DNA of 64,000 nt, from the IMG/VR virus record IMGVR_UViG_3300023174_000146. One strand, given 5' to 3'. A model generated the notes under the pieces. The model did no database searches, was not told the DNA's origin, and saw only the letters and a program-made list of their open reading frames with translations. This document shows positions 27,656 through 36,756 of the stretch, piece after piece (positions within the stretch are counted from its first letter, which is position 1; every line of letters begins with the position of its first letter). The DNA comes from an uncultured virus (IMG/VR IMGVR_UViG_3300023174_000146). Lineage: Duplodnaviria; Heunggongvirae; Uroviricota; Caudoviricetes. The position numbers were made by a program, and so were the translations under genes.

Positions 27656-27856
27656 TCACAGCGTCTCGTTCAGGAAGTTCTGGAGGACAAGCGCTTCCTT
27701 GACAGTGAGGGTCAGCGTCGCGGTCGGAATAGAGTACTGACCGTCCTCGAAGGTGTTCGTCGTAATAGTGACGCTGTTGCATCCGGCCTGCTTCGAGACC
27801 TCATCGCGGTTGGCGGTGTAAGTGAAACGCTTCGTGCTCTTCGTGTATGTGCTCAT
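27656..27856 (-). CDS. Small monocistronic hypothetical protein
   Basis: AAGGAG SD, own promoter and terminator. Confidence 0.75.
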   Translation of the reverse strand: MSTYTKSTKRFTYTANRDEVSKQAGCNSVTITTNTFEDGQYSIPTATLTLTVKEALVLQNFLNETL

Positions 27857-27903
27857 TCTTCAGCTCCTTTATTTGGATCCACTTGGATCACCTAGATGAA
27901 CCA

Positions 27904-27932
27904 AATATAGCATGGCGTGTCACCATGTACAA
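27904..27932 (-). promoter_or_regulatory. Class I-like promoter TTGTAC-N17-TATATT
   Basis: 17-nt spacer. Confidence 0.6.
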
Positions 27933-27937
27933 AAAAA

Positions 27938-28825
27938 TCACATAGAGCTGAGATATCTCTCTCCCCTGTCACACAGAATAGTCACAACTGCACCTGATGG
28001 ATTGTTCTGCTCGATCCACCTCTCAGCAGCGAAGAGATTCGATCCTGCACTAATTCCAACGAGAAGGCCTGTCTCCTTCGCAAATTGTGCTGCGCGGGCA
28101 CGAGCGTCTTCTGTCTTAACTCGAATCTCACCGCTGTACTCGCCGGGCTTTGACAGGTAATCACCACCGTCGCCGATCCCCTGGATGCCGTGTAGGTGAC
28201 CCTCCTCGGCGGGTCTAACCAATATTACCTTGGTGTCGAGAAGCACATTCCTGACGTACTCTGCGATCCCGGATATGGTTCCGCCTGTTCCCGCGCCCGA
28301 CACGAAAGCGCTCCACCCCATAGCCACAGGAACCTGTCCGGCAATCTCATGAGCAGTTCCCATTAGGTGACAGAGTGTGTTCTGCCTGTTCTCAAACTGC
28401 ATGGGTGACCACATGTTTGGATCGCTGGCGACAAGCTCATTTCTCAAACGAATTGCGCCCTGAAAGTCTGATGGACCTACCTCTTGGATCTGGGCACCGA
28501 AGACACGCATCATCTGCTTTCGCTCCTCACTCATGTTGGAGGGCATGATGATTCTGACATCGTTTCCGAGTGCAGCACCGAGTGCTGCGAGTGAGATGCC
28601 TGTGTTTCCAGAGGTCGCTTCAACAAGGGTGGTGTTGGGTCCTATCTTCCCCTCCAGGAGAGCACGATGTACTATGAAGGACACAAGCCTGTCCTTTATT
28701 GATCCTGTGGGATTCACTGTCTCAAGCTTCGCAAAAAGCTTTGGTCCCACCCGAATCATGGGAGTCCTGCCGACGCACCTGATAAACTGCTGTGCCCTAT
28801 CGATCCTGCCGCCGTCTGATTCCAA
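27938..28825 (-). CDS. cysK: PLP-dependent cysteine synthase family protein
   Basis: KLETVNPTGSIKDR, EATSGNTG, GAGTGGT, HGIQGIG, DRGERYLS. Confidence 0.9.
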   Translation of the reverse strand: MESDGGRIDRAQQFIRCVGRTPMIRVGPKLFAKLETVNPTGSIKDRLVSFIVHRALLEGKIGPNTTLVEATSGNTGISLAALGAALGNDVRIIMPSNMSEERKQMMRVFGAQIQEVGPSDFQGAIRLRNELVASDPNMWSPMQFENRQNTLCHLMGTAHEIAGQVPVAMGWSAFVSGAGTGGTISGIAEYVRNVLLDTKVILVRPAEEGHLHGIQGIGDGGDYLSKPGEYSGEIRVKTEDARARAAQFAKETGLLVGISAGSNLFAAERWIEQNNPSGAVVTILCDRGERYLSSM

Positions 28826-28844
28826 AGATCACCTCCAAAAGCAC

Positions 28845-28873
28845 ATTATAGTGCTGATGTCGAAAATGGACAA
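28845..28873 (-). promoter_or_regulatory. Class I-like promoter TTGTCC-N17-TATAAT
   Basis: 17-nt spacer, upstream of GGAGGT SD. Confidence 0.65.
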
Positions 28874-29560
28874 TCAGTATTTAGCAGTTGAGCTAGGATC
28901 CCATACACCTGGAATAGCTTTACCGTCACGCCAGGTCTTCTCGCACTGTGTCCTGAGTCCCAGCTGGGTGCAGCCGTACTCGAGAACCACGTGCTTCCAG
29001 ATCTCATGTCCGGGATCGGATGGCTTGATGCCGTTGCTCTGCCTGTGTGCCCAGATGAACTCGATTGGCATACCGAGCTTTCTGCCCTCCTCGACGAGGT
29101 GCTTAAGCGCAGCGCGCGCGGTGTCTATTGCCAGTGAGTCGAAGGGTGTTGGATTTCCGCCCCAAGTAGAGTCAATGTCCTCACGCTTAGGAGTTGTTGG
29201 ATCGTCCGGCTTGCCTGAGTAATGTCCCTCTATCTCAAGACCTAGGCTAAAGCTGTTGAGCTCGTTTCCGTGGTAGACATACCATGAAAGTGGAAATGCA
29301 GTCACAAATGTGCCGTCCCTGAACGACAGCGCGTGACAGGGCACACCAAGCGCACGTGTATAAGCTTTTTGTCTGTCATTTGCGGGTCCAAACACACATG
29401 CTGTCTGGTGAATTCCTATGCCTGTAACAGTTTTCGGATCTCTGACGACCACCTTACCACCCTTGAGCTGAACGATGTTCGTCTTCTTGCCTGCAGAGTC
29501 GACCTTCGGAGGAGGTGGATTCTTCTGCAAACCGCACAAGTCTATGTGTTTAATTGTCAT
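28874..29560 (-). CDS. N-acetylmuramoyl-L-alanine amidase (Amidase_2-type endolysin)
   Basis: GIGIHQTA, YHGN..N..SLGLEIEG, AHRQS, DPG. Confidence 0.8.
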   Translation of the reverse strand: MTIKHIDLCGLQKNPPPPKVDSAGKKTNIVQLKGGKVVVRDPKTVTGIGIHQTACVFGPANDRQKAYTRALGVPCHALSFRDGTFVTAFPLSWYVYHGNELNSFSLGLEIEGHYSGKPDDPTTPKREDIDSTWGGNPTPFDSLAIDTARAALKHLVEEGRKLGMPIEFIWAHRQSNGIKPSDPGHEIWKHVVLEYGCTQLGLRTQCEKTWRDGKAIPGVWDPSSTAKY

Positions 29561-29616
29561 ATCTTATTCCTGTTTAAGCAATTGCAAGATTTCTTTTAGA
29601 TTGGGATGTCTGGGGA

Positions 29617-32600
29617 TCACACGTTGCTGAGGCAGTACCAAGTCGTGCCAGTATTACGCCAGACCCATGTCTGACCGCCACCAGTAGTCATCGAACGCGC
29701 TACACCGATTGAAGGTGTCACAGTTGACCCAGCGCCTGAGATGTTGACCAGAGAGATGACAAGACCGTCATCTCCTGCGGCCATCGCAGGAAGAGCCACA
29801 GCAGCCACGTTTACGGTATACACAGCGTTAGTGCGGAGGTTGGCGGCAGTCGGAGTCGCGCCTACAGACCCTAGCGTATTCAGATTACCATTTGCCCATG
29901 TCAAAGTGCCGGAACCGTTGTTCGTGAGAACTTGGTTTGCCGACCCTTGCGCTGACGGGAACGACGTAGTGACGTTATTGAGCTTGGTAATGTTGCCCGT
30001 CGCGCTAACCGTAAACGTAGTTGCGAGCAACGTTCCTACTGACATTCCATAAGAGAAAAGACCACCCGACTGCGGCGTCGCGGTTGACGTGACAGTCGAA
30101 ACTGTTGAGACGAACGAGAAGCTGACGTTTGCGTAAATGAATGTTCCGCCTGCAACGCCGGACACCGCAACAGCTGAGGATGGCAGCGTGGAGCCGGCAG
30201 CTAGTGTGGCATCGCCCGCACCGAAACGAGCCCCAGAGGTTCCAATAAAGGCGCAGCAAGCTCCTGCTGTATCTGAGCTGTTAAGTACAGTGCTGTATCC
30301 TACTGACACAAATGTCGATGCACCGGTGACATTTATTGTCGGGACAGCGCGTGAAATCGAAATGTAGCTATCATAGATCTCCATTGTGCCAGCGGAGACG
30401 TTGATGGCATTGCCTGTTGCGCCACCTGCCAAAGATCCGCCCACTTCAGTGCGGTTCCGGAGGAGCGTGTATCCGGCAGTCTGGACTATGGCAGAGCCCG
30501 CTGCGCTGTTTGAAAGGGTTACTACACATGCATCAAGATACAGGCTGGAGTTTGCTCCCTGGTTGCTGTTGGTTACAGCAGCTGCACCAGTCGCGCTCGT
30601 GTTTAGGATGTAGCAACCGTAGAGTCTCAAACGCCCAGGGTAGCTAGCTCCGCCTGTGAGTGTGACGGCGCTCCCGCCAGCGAACGACCCTTGAATGTAG
30701 AGACCGTAAATGTAGGTCTCGTTAAGGTTAACGTTTAGGGCAGGACCTGCGCTACCAAGGTCATAGGTGATTGAGCCTACTGAGACGACCTTATTCGAGC
30801 CGGCGCCTCCGACTGCTGCAATAACAAGCGGCTTGTTGACGACGTTCAGTGTAACATTTCCCCAGTCACCAGTTGCTTTGGGTCCTACGAGGATTACGTC
30901 ATTCGCGCTTGCTGCATCGACTGCCGCCTGAAGCGTCGAGTAGGCTCCGCCCTCGACGACGAGGAGGATCTTGCTGCCAAGTCCGACACTGTTGGCAGTT
31001 GGTGTCCATTTCGACGTTCCTGCAATCCACTGCAGGATCTGATTGGACGTGGGTGCTGTGGTAGATACATCATATCCTTGAATCTTCGCAACAGTTGCTG
31101 CTGAAGATCCTGGACCTGTCGCTGTCACATCTCCTGTCAATGCAGTTATTCCAGACGAGTTGACTGTGATCGATCCTGCGCCGTTAGTGATGGAGACGCC
31201 GGAGCCAGCCGTGAGTGTGGAAAGTGTATATCCAGATCCGTTACCAATAAGCAGAGATCCCGTAGTGGGTGCTGTGTTTTTACCTGTGCCGCCGCGGTTG
31301 ACAGGTAGCGTGCCGCTTATCTCTGAAAGACCTGCAGATAGATCAATGGGACTAGCAGGTGATTGAAAGACTCCGTTGATGACGTGAGCAATTCCTGTGC
31401 CTGCAACGGAAGGAAGTGTGGTGTGGCTGTGGGAGGGTGAACCGTCACCAAATCCTGCTATAAGCTGCTGACTGCCACTTGTAGAAGTTGCCTCTATCTC
31501 GACATAGATTCGATCTGTTGTTAGTATTGTCGATTGAGGAACAGTTAGCGATAATGTGTACTGATTCAATTGAGTAGGGTCGTAGATCGGCAGTGCAGAG
31601 CTAGATGCTATGAGCGTTGGTGAGCCAACACCATTGTATGTGTACAGGCCTGCCTTATATAGCACTGTGTTGGGTTCAATCCCAGTGCTCCGAGCCCAGA
31701 CGTTGAAGTCCCAGAGACCTGCAGGAATCGAACTAAGACCGGGTGATCCTGGTTGTGTAACAAATCCTGCCACTAGTGAATAGACACCACTAGTCGAAAG
31801 AATAGATGAAGTGATAAATGTCGCACCCACTTCAGCAGTCAGTCCAAGCTCAGAAGGTGTCCCAGGTAGACTTGCAGTTGGTATCTGCGCGGGAGTTCCC
31901 GCGTTGAAGAAATAAACTTGGCCGCCGCCGCCAGAGCCCCCAGTTGCAGATGCTCCTGGTACCCATGCTGAGCCATTCCACGTGAGGACCTGTCCGCTCG
32001 TAGGAGATGCAGTGGACACAGAATTGCCCTGAAGTCTGACAACTGTCGATGTCTGAGATCCCGATCCTGGTCCTGATAGCACATCACCCGTCAGCTGTGT
32101 GATGCCTGCTGCAGCTGTCGGAGTGCTGGCCCAAACGGAGCCATCCCATGTTAGAACATCACCAGGTGATGTTCCTGAAACGAGACTTATGTTTGGTGTT
32201 GTTCCTCCTGAACTGGAAAGTGGGCTAGAAGCTCCTACACTTGTGACTGGTGTGGGAAGCGCTGTAGGCTGCCATTCAGACAGCAGCGTGTTCCAAATTA
32301 GTGCATTTCCATCTAAAGGAGCTGCTGTGGAAACCAAATTTCCTTGTAGCGCTTTCACTGTTGCAGCCTGTGACCCTGTGCCTATTGCAGTGCTTACGTC
32401 ACCCGTGAGCTCTGTAATACCTCCGGCACTAGGCGCTTCGATAGTCACAGACCCATTAGAACCCGTAGTAAGAATTATATTGGTCCCTGCAAGAAGGAAG
32501 CTAGAACCATCAGCAAGACTTGTAAGAGAACCAGAGAATCCTAATGTTGATGTAACTGTTCCAGATACGACTTGATTTGATGTATATGTGTTTTCTACGT

Positions 32601-33036
32601 CTAATCTAGCAAATGTTGTTGAATCAAGATTATCCAACATTTCTGCATTTGCTGCATTGTTTGTATAGCTTGCAGTTCCAACAAGATCACCAAGGAATGA
32701 ACCAGTAACAAAAACATTGCTACCATCAAATCTTATTTTAGAAGTGCCACCGAACGTAGAAGAATTTATTCTATACTGGATATCGCCATTAGAGCCGCCA
32801 GGAGATCCTCCACCTCCACCTCCACCTCCGCCGCCAGATCCTGAGGCTGCGAGCGAGTCAAGCGCTTCAGCAACGCCTTCTGGAACTGGCGACCAGTTTG
32901 CAGGATTCTCGGGCGTGTACTTTACATAGGAATTAGGCTCAGCGTAGTTCTCAAAGACTACACCTGATCCCTCGGCACTTATAAGCTCCTCAACAATTCC
33001 CTTTGTGGGATGAATGATAACTCTTATTCTCGGCAT
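29617..33036 (-). CDS. Long tail-fibre-like virion protein
   Basis: Poly-Gly linker, SGSLTSL module, three GIT.LTGDV...TV...QG..VST..P repeats. Confidence 0.75.
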   Translation of the reverse strand: MPRIRVIIHPTKGIVEELISAEGSGVVFENYAEPNSYVKYTPENPANWSPVPEGVAEALDSLAASGSGGGGGGGGGGSPGGSNGDIQYRINSSTFGGTSKIRFDGSNVFVTGSFLGDLVGTASYTNNAANAEMLDNLDSTTFARLDVENTYTSNQVVSGTVTSTLGFSGSLTSLADGSSFLLAGTNIILTTGSNGSVTIEAPSAGGITELTGDVSTAIGTGSQAATVKALQGNLVSTAAPLDGNALIWNTLLSEWQPTALPTPVTSVGASSPLSSSGGTTPNISLVSGTSPGDVLTWDGSVWASTPTAAAGITQLTGDVLSGPGSGSQTSTVVRLQGNSVSTASPTSGQVLTWNGSAWVPGASATGGSGGGGQVYFFNAGTPAQIPTASLPGTPSELGLTAEVGATFITSSILSTSGVYSLVAGFVTQPGSPGLSSIPAGLWDFNVWARSTGIEPNTVLYKAGLYTYNGVGSPTLIASSSALPIYDPTQLNQYTLSLTVPQSTILTTDRIYVEIEATSTSGSQQLIAGFGDGSPSHSHTTLPSVAGTGIAHVINGVFQSPASPIDLSAGLSEISGTLPVNRGGTGKNTAPTTGSLLIGNGSGYTLSTLTAGSGVSITNGAGSITVNSSGITALTGDVTATGPGSSAATVAKIQGYDVSTTAPTSNQILQWIAGTSKWTPTANSVGLGSKILLVVEGGAYSTLQAAVDAASANDVILVGPKATGDWGNVTLNVVNKPLVIAAVGGAGSNKVVSVGSITYDLGSAGPALNVNLNETYIYGLYIQGSFAGGSAVTLTGGASYPGRLRLYGCYILNTSATGAAAVTNSNQGANSSLYLDACVVTLSNSAAGSAIVQTAGYTLLRNRTEVGGSLAGGATGNAINVSAGTMEIYDSYISISRAVPTINVTGASTFVSVGYSTVLNSSDTAGACCAFIGTSGARFGAGDATLAAGSTLPSSAVAVSGVAGGTFIYANVSFSFVSTVSTVTSTATPQSGGLFSYGMSVGTLLATTFTVSATGNITKLNNVTTSFPSAQGSANQVLTNNGSGTLTWANGNLNTLGSVGATPTAANLRTNAVYTVNVAAVALPAMAAGDDGLVISLVNISGAGSTVTPSIGVARSMTTGGGQTWVWRNTGTTWYCLSNV

Positions 33037-33084
33037 GTGTTTTCCTCAAACACATCTGCTCAATTCGAACAGATGCACATGCAC

Positions 33085-33091
33085 TAAGTAT
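33085..33091 (-). promoter_or_regulatory. Class II promoter motif ATACTTA
   Basis: Upstream of fibre gene. Confidence 0.55.
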
Positions 33092-33129
33092 TTGTCAACA
33101 ACACCGAATAGCTTTTGAAATCGAAAATC

Positions 33130-33585
33130 TTACACAACTGGCAATTTTCGCTTATGAGAGGCACTCTCTGAAAAAGACTTGCTCTGCCAGCTCTGGGAAA
33201 CCGAATCATCAGATATTGGACCGCCGGCTGCCCACGTGTAGCATGTCCTTGCAGAGTGACACTTGAAGTGGTGCATCCAGCAGTATCCTAGCTCTCCGTA
33301 CTGATCCACTTCACCCGGCATGCACTCTTTCATATGGGGAGAGACATCAAAAGCTGCACAGTTGCCACACTTTGACTGCTTAGCGACTTCAGATGTGGTT
33401 TTCCAGTGCTCTGCCAGCCGCTCCCAGTAGTCCTCATCTGAGAGATTGAGTGGACCGTACTGTATGTGCTTCTCACTTATCGCTGTATCTCTATTCTTAG
33501 TGTTGAGCTTGAGGTCCTGCGTTGGTGAAGGACAAGTCTCAGATGCCTCTAAAATGATTCGTATTGCTTTTCTTAATGCTTCCAT
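33130..33585 (-). CDS. Cys-rich protein with HiPIP-like Cys spacing and short leader
   Basis: KCGNCAAF...GYCWMHHFKCHSARTCYTW. Confidence 0.6.
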   Translation of the reverse strand: MEALRKAIRIILEASETCPSPTQDLKLNTKNRDTAISEKHIQYGPLNLSDEDYWERLAEHWKTTSEVAKQSKCGNCAAFDVSPHMKECMPGEVDQYGELGYCWMHHFKCHSARTCYTWAAGGPISDDSVSQSWQSKSFSESASHKRKLPVV

Positions 33586-33589
33586 GATT

Positions 33590-34264
33590 TCACTCCTCCC
33601 ACAAAAGACCTGCTTCTCTAAGCGCATCCATGACAGGGGTTCCGTCTTTGCGGTAGAGACGGGAGAGAGGTGACTTCATCCACCCATCGAATCCGCCCAC
33701 CTCAATTGCCTTGCTCTGAACGCAGTCATCGTTCTCCACATCTGGCGTGAGCTGAGGAATTTGCATCTCAGACTCATCAGCGAGATCTTCGTCGTGTGAG
33801 ATGTCAAGCTGAAACTTTCTCACATCTCCACGCATGTCATAGATGTCCCACACAGGCCGTGCCATGTCACTCACAATCTTGCGATCAGACATGAGACCTG
33901 CACCGTTTGAGGACGCATACTCGAGGGCGACATCGTACAGCAAGGGTCCCCATCCTTCTCCTGATTGCACAATGAACACGACCCAAGGTTCGCCGAGGTC
34001 GCTCATGCAGGGTCCGCTGTCGTGGTCGTTTGTGATAGTAATAGAACCCTTTGGCACACTCTTTCCGACGGGAGACTTTATTGTGGCATTACCGTCTTTG
34101 TCTTTACTAATTCGAGCGTATCGAATCTCAGTTCCATCTTCAGAGTCTCTAATCTGAATTCCCACACGCTGCTTCATTTGCATGAGGGCATCAACTCTTC
34201 GCTCTATTCGCGAATCCATCCCCTCGTTTAAAATTGCTCGAATATAGTCCCTTAGAATCTTCAT
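33590..34264 (-). CDS. Leader-bearing protein, possible GNAT fold
   Basis: MKILRDYIRAILNE; GWGPLLYDVALE...SDR..VS..A..VW. Confidence 0.55.
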   Translation of the reverse strand: MKILRDYIRAILNEGMDSRIERRVDALMQMKQRVGIQIRDSEDGTEIRYARISKDKDGNATIKSPVGKSVPKGSITITNDHDSGPCMSDLGEPWVVFIVQSGEGWGPLLYDVALEYASSNGAGLMSDRKIVSDMARPVWDIYDMRGDVRKFQLDISHDEDLADESEMQIPQLTPDVENDDCVQSKAIEVGGFDGWMKSPLSRLYRKDGTPVMDALREAGLLWEE

Positions 34265-34422
34265 TTTGCTGATGTTTCCCTGTAAATGCTAAGTCGAGCT
34301 TCCATCAGTGACATGTACCAGCACTGTGTGAGGTCAATGGGCCAAGTGTCGACTGCATAGCGTGCCAATGTCCAAGCAGGAACTAGTAGGTACCAGCGGT
34401 ATGCCCACAGCATTTTAATCAT
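34261..34422 (-). CDS. Small hydrophobic hypothetical protein (53 aa)
   Basis: Manually read ORF, ATGA-coupled to next gene. Confidence 0.45.
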   Translation of the reverse strand: MIKMLWAYRWYLLVPAWTLARYAVDTWPIDLTQCWYMSLMEARLSIYRETSAK

Positions 34423-34471
34423 TTCACTCTAGAGTCTAATTTGATCAAATTTTGACGTGTCGCTATGTTGT

Positions 34472-34852
34472 CTACTTTCTACCCTTCGCGAGTCTGGGAC
34501 CATAAAGCATTGCTATGAGCTCCTTTATTTTCTGCCATTCATATTCAGAAGGTAATTCGTCTTCATCAAACGTCTCATTCTTATTCTTATCTATCAGGTC
34601 GAAGATTTGCTGTGCATCTCCACCTTGACCTTCATATTGATCTGCACCTGGACGTTTATCCTTTGCTAGACCCTTTTCTTTATCATGTTTATCAAATGCA
34701 GCTTGAGCTTTACCAAGCCTGATGTCAGATTTCAGAGCAAACTCGAGACCTTTTAACTTTTGTTTTGTGTCTGGTCTTTCATATTTCTCAGAAAGTATCT
34801 GCCTAATGCACTCTCTCAATAACATCTGCTCTTTTGTCATTTTTACTCTCAC
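34472..34852 (-). CDS. Leader-bearing hypothetical protein
   Basis: LLRECIRQILSE; possible EF-hand-like DKNKNETFDEDE. Confidence 0.6.
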   Translation of the reverse strand: MRVKMTKEQMLLRECIRQILSEKYERPDTKQKLKGLEFALKSDIRLGKAQAAFDKHDKEKGLAKDKRPGADQYEGQGGDAQQIFDLIDKNKNETFDEDELPSEYEWQKIKELIAMLYGPRLAKGRK

Positions 34853-35190
34853 TCGTACTTTGCTGCGAGACCCTCAGCTAGAAGCCAATCATTGACGCAG
34901 AGACCGTCAATCCAGAGCTCACCCAGCCACCTTCCGTACTTCTCCTTCGAGTCCTTCACAGTCCTGAGCGTTATCCACTTTCTCAGGACCTTCTCCCTGA
35001 GCGCATCTCTGCTTGTTGCACCCTTGTCAGCGCTCGTGCCGCGCATCTCAGGAGCGTTGATCCTGTAGAGCCGAACTGTCTGCTCCTTGAGGATAACTGA
35101 GAATCCTAGGTCGATGTCGACAGTGACTGTGTCACCATCATAAACGCGGCTCACAAATGCTCGATAGGTGTATAGGTTGCTCTCGCTCAT
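34849..35190 (-). CDS. Thermonuclease (SNase) family nuclease
   Basis: RVYDGDT, VRLYRINAPE, KYGRWLG. Confidence 0.88.
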   Translation of the reverse strand: MSESNLYTYRAFVSRVYDGDTVTVDIDLGFSVILKEQTVRLYRINAPEMRGTSADKGATSRDALREKVLRKWITLRTVKDSKEKYGRWLGELWIDGLCVNDWLLAEGLAAKYE

Positions 35191-35639
35191 ACAGCCTTTG
35201 GCGCGGATGGCGCAGCTGGTGAAGTTGTCGGAGCAGGCTTATCAACAGAGTCAGGCGCGACGATCTCATTGTCTGGCTTCGCAGGAAGCACATCCTCTGC
35301 CCTTCCCTTTACCATGACCATGTCGACACCGTTTATTGCGAGAAGCTTCTTCTTGAGCTCTTCTGGATCGAACTCGCCCTTGAGCTCAATTGCGACCTTG
35401 AGGTTGATCATCTTCTTACCCTCAGGTGCAGGATCCATAGGGTCAAGCTGTGTTACAGTAATAACATCATCGAGACCCCTGATACTCGTGAGAATATCGA
35501 GGACACCTGGATCAGATGGTGCGGCAATCCTTATCCGAAGACGAACAACTATGGGTGTGATGTCCGCAAATTCCTCGTTTAGAGCCCTGCGAATAGAGCG
35601 ACGAACGAGTGTTCTGAGCTGTGCCTCTGATATTCTCAT
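35187..35639 (-). CDS. Leader-bearing protein, ACT-like alpha/beta domain
   Basis: MRISEAQLRTLVRRSI; start moved to internal Met. Confidence 0.65.
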   Translation of the reverse strand: MRISEAQLRTLVRRSIRRALNEEFADITPIVVRLRIRIAAPSDPGVLDILTSIRGLDDVITVTQLDPMDPAPEGKKMINLKVAIELKGEFDPEELKKKLLAINGVDMVMVKGRAEDVLPAKPDNEIVAPDSVDKPAPTTSPAAPSAPKAV

Positions 35640-35655
35640 GATTATTACGCCCTCT

Positions 35656-36156
35656 TCAACCTGCCATTGTTTCAGCCAGCGCCCACTTGAGATCCTCTTC
35701 GCTTCCGTCGAAGAGCTGCTTAGCAGTTTCCCAATCATCGGGTGAAGTCAGAGCCAGGCCGTCTGCAAGATCAACAAAGGCGTCGCCGCCGCGACGATGG
35801 CCGCGCCCACGATCGTCAAGATAATTAGCAGCATCTTTGCGTGCTAGAACCTTAAGTCTCTCGAATGCAGCATCTGCAGCATCTGGAGACATGTCATCTA
35901 GATCTTCATCATATTCGCTGCTCCTGGGTCTAAACACTGGCATATTACGTTCAACGTCAGCTCTCAGCGCATTAAAATCCTTATCATAAAGTGCATAGAA
36001 ACCATCGACGCTTGTAATCCTGTCTTTATACTTGAATGGGAGATCATCGATGGCTAACAGCTCACCTGTATCTGCATTTAATACATCCATCTCACTTATG
36101 ACTCTTGAGACTTCCTCAGCGATGATCTTTCTAAGCTGCCCCTTTGATATCCTCAT
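35656..36156 (-). CDS. Leader-bearing acidic protein
   Basis: MRISKGQLRKIIAEEV. Confidence 0.7.
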   Translation of the reverse strand: MRISKGQLRKIIAEEVSRVISEMDVLNADTGELLAIDDLPFKYKDRITSVDGFYALYDKDFNALRADVERNMPVFRPRSSEYDEDLDDMSPDAADAAFERLKVLARKDAANYLDDRGRGHRRGGDAFVDLADGLALTSPDDWETAKQLFDGSEEDLKWALAETMAG

Positions 36157-36158
36157 GA

Positions 36159-36737
36159 TCAGCTCTCCTTCACACGCTGCTGAAGTAGATAGATGTACTT
36201 CGTGTAGTCGTTTGCTGCCGCTGCAAGGAAATCATTGAGACCGAGTGGAAGCTCACCATCTGCCTCAAGAGACGCGAAGAGAGACTCAACGTGGTCATTG
36301 AGGTCTCTCACGATCTGAAGCGCTGTGGAGGCAATAGCTGCTGCAGAAGCACCTGATGGTGAGGCGTACTTGTCCATCTTCTCGAGCGCGACAGCCATCA
36401 CCTTATGTGGGCATGCAACACCCTCGTCGCCTGAGATGCCTATCGCCTTCTCTGCAGCACCGTCATAGTCGTCGACTAGTGCCTCGTAGATCTCACCGTA
36501 GATGTTGACGTGATCGCCTGCGAAGCCTGTCCCTTTTGAGAGATTGTGTGCTGCGTGGAACCAGACGCCTGCAGAACGAAGGCAGCCGAGGAGTGAGACC
36601 ATGTGCTCCTCGAAAGAGACAGATGACGCAGCAGATGCGCCCACTGCGACGGGCATTCCACCGAGGGCGTCGAGTGATATGATCGCGCCGACCTCTTCCT
36701 TAATTAACTTCTCAAGCTGCTTTCTTGTGATTCTCAT
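36159..36737 (-). CDS. Leader-bearing ferritin/Dps-like protein
   Basis: H.AHNLSKG.GFAGDH..IY.EIY...D..AE, YIYLL. Confidence 0.65.
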   Translation of the reverse strand: MRITRKQLEKLIKEEVGAIISLDALGGMPVAVGASAASSVSFEEHMVSLLGCLRSAGVWFHAAHNLSKGTGFAGDHVNIYGEIYEALVDDYDGAAEKAIGISGDEGVACPHKVMAVALEKMDKYASPSGASAAAIASTALQIVRDLNDHVESLFASLEADGELPLGLNDFLAAAANDYTKYIYLLQQRVKES

Positions 36738-36756
36738 CTGTACGTTCCTGTTCTTA

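Noticed and set aside
28533..32929. Plus-strand ORFs opposite cysK, the amidase and the fibre gene
   Set aside because: Shadow frames produced by codon bias of the real genes.
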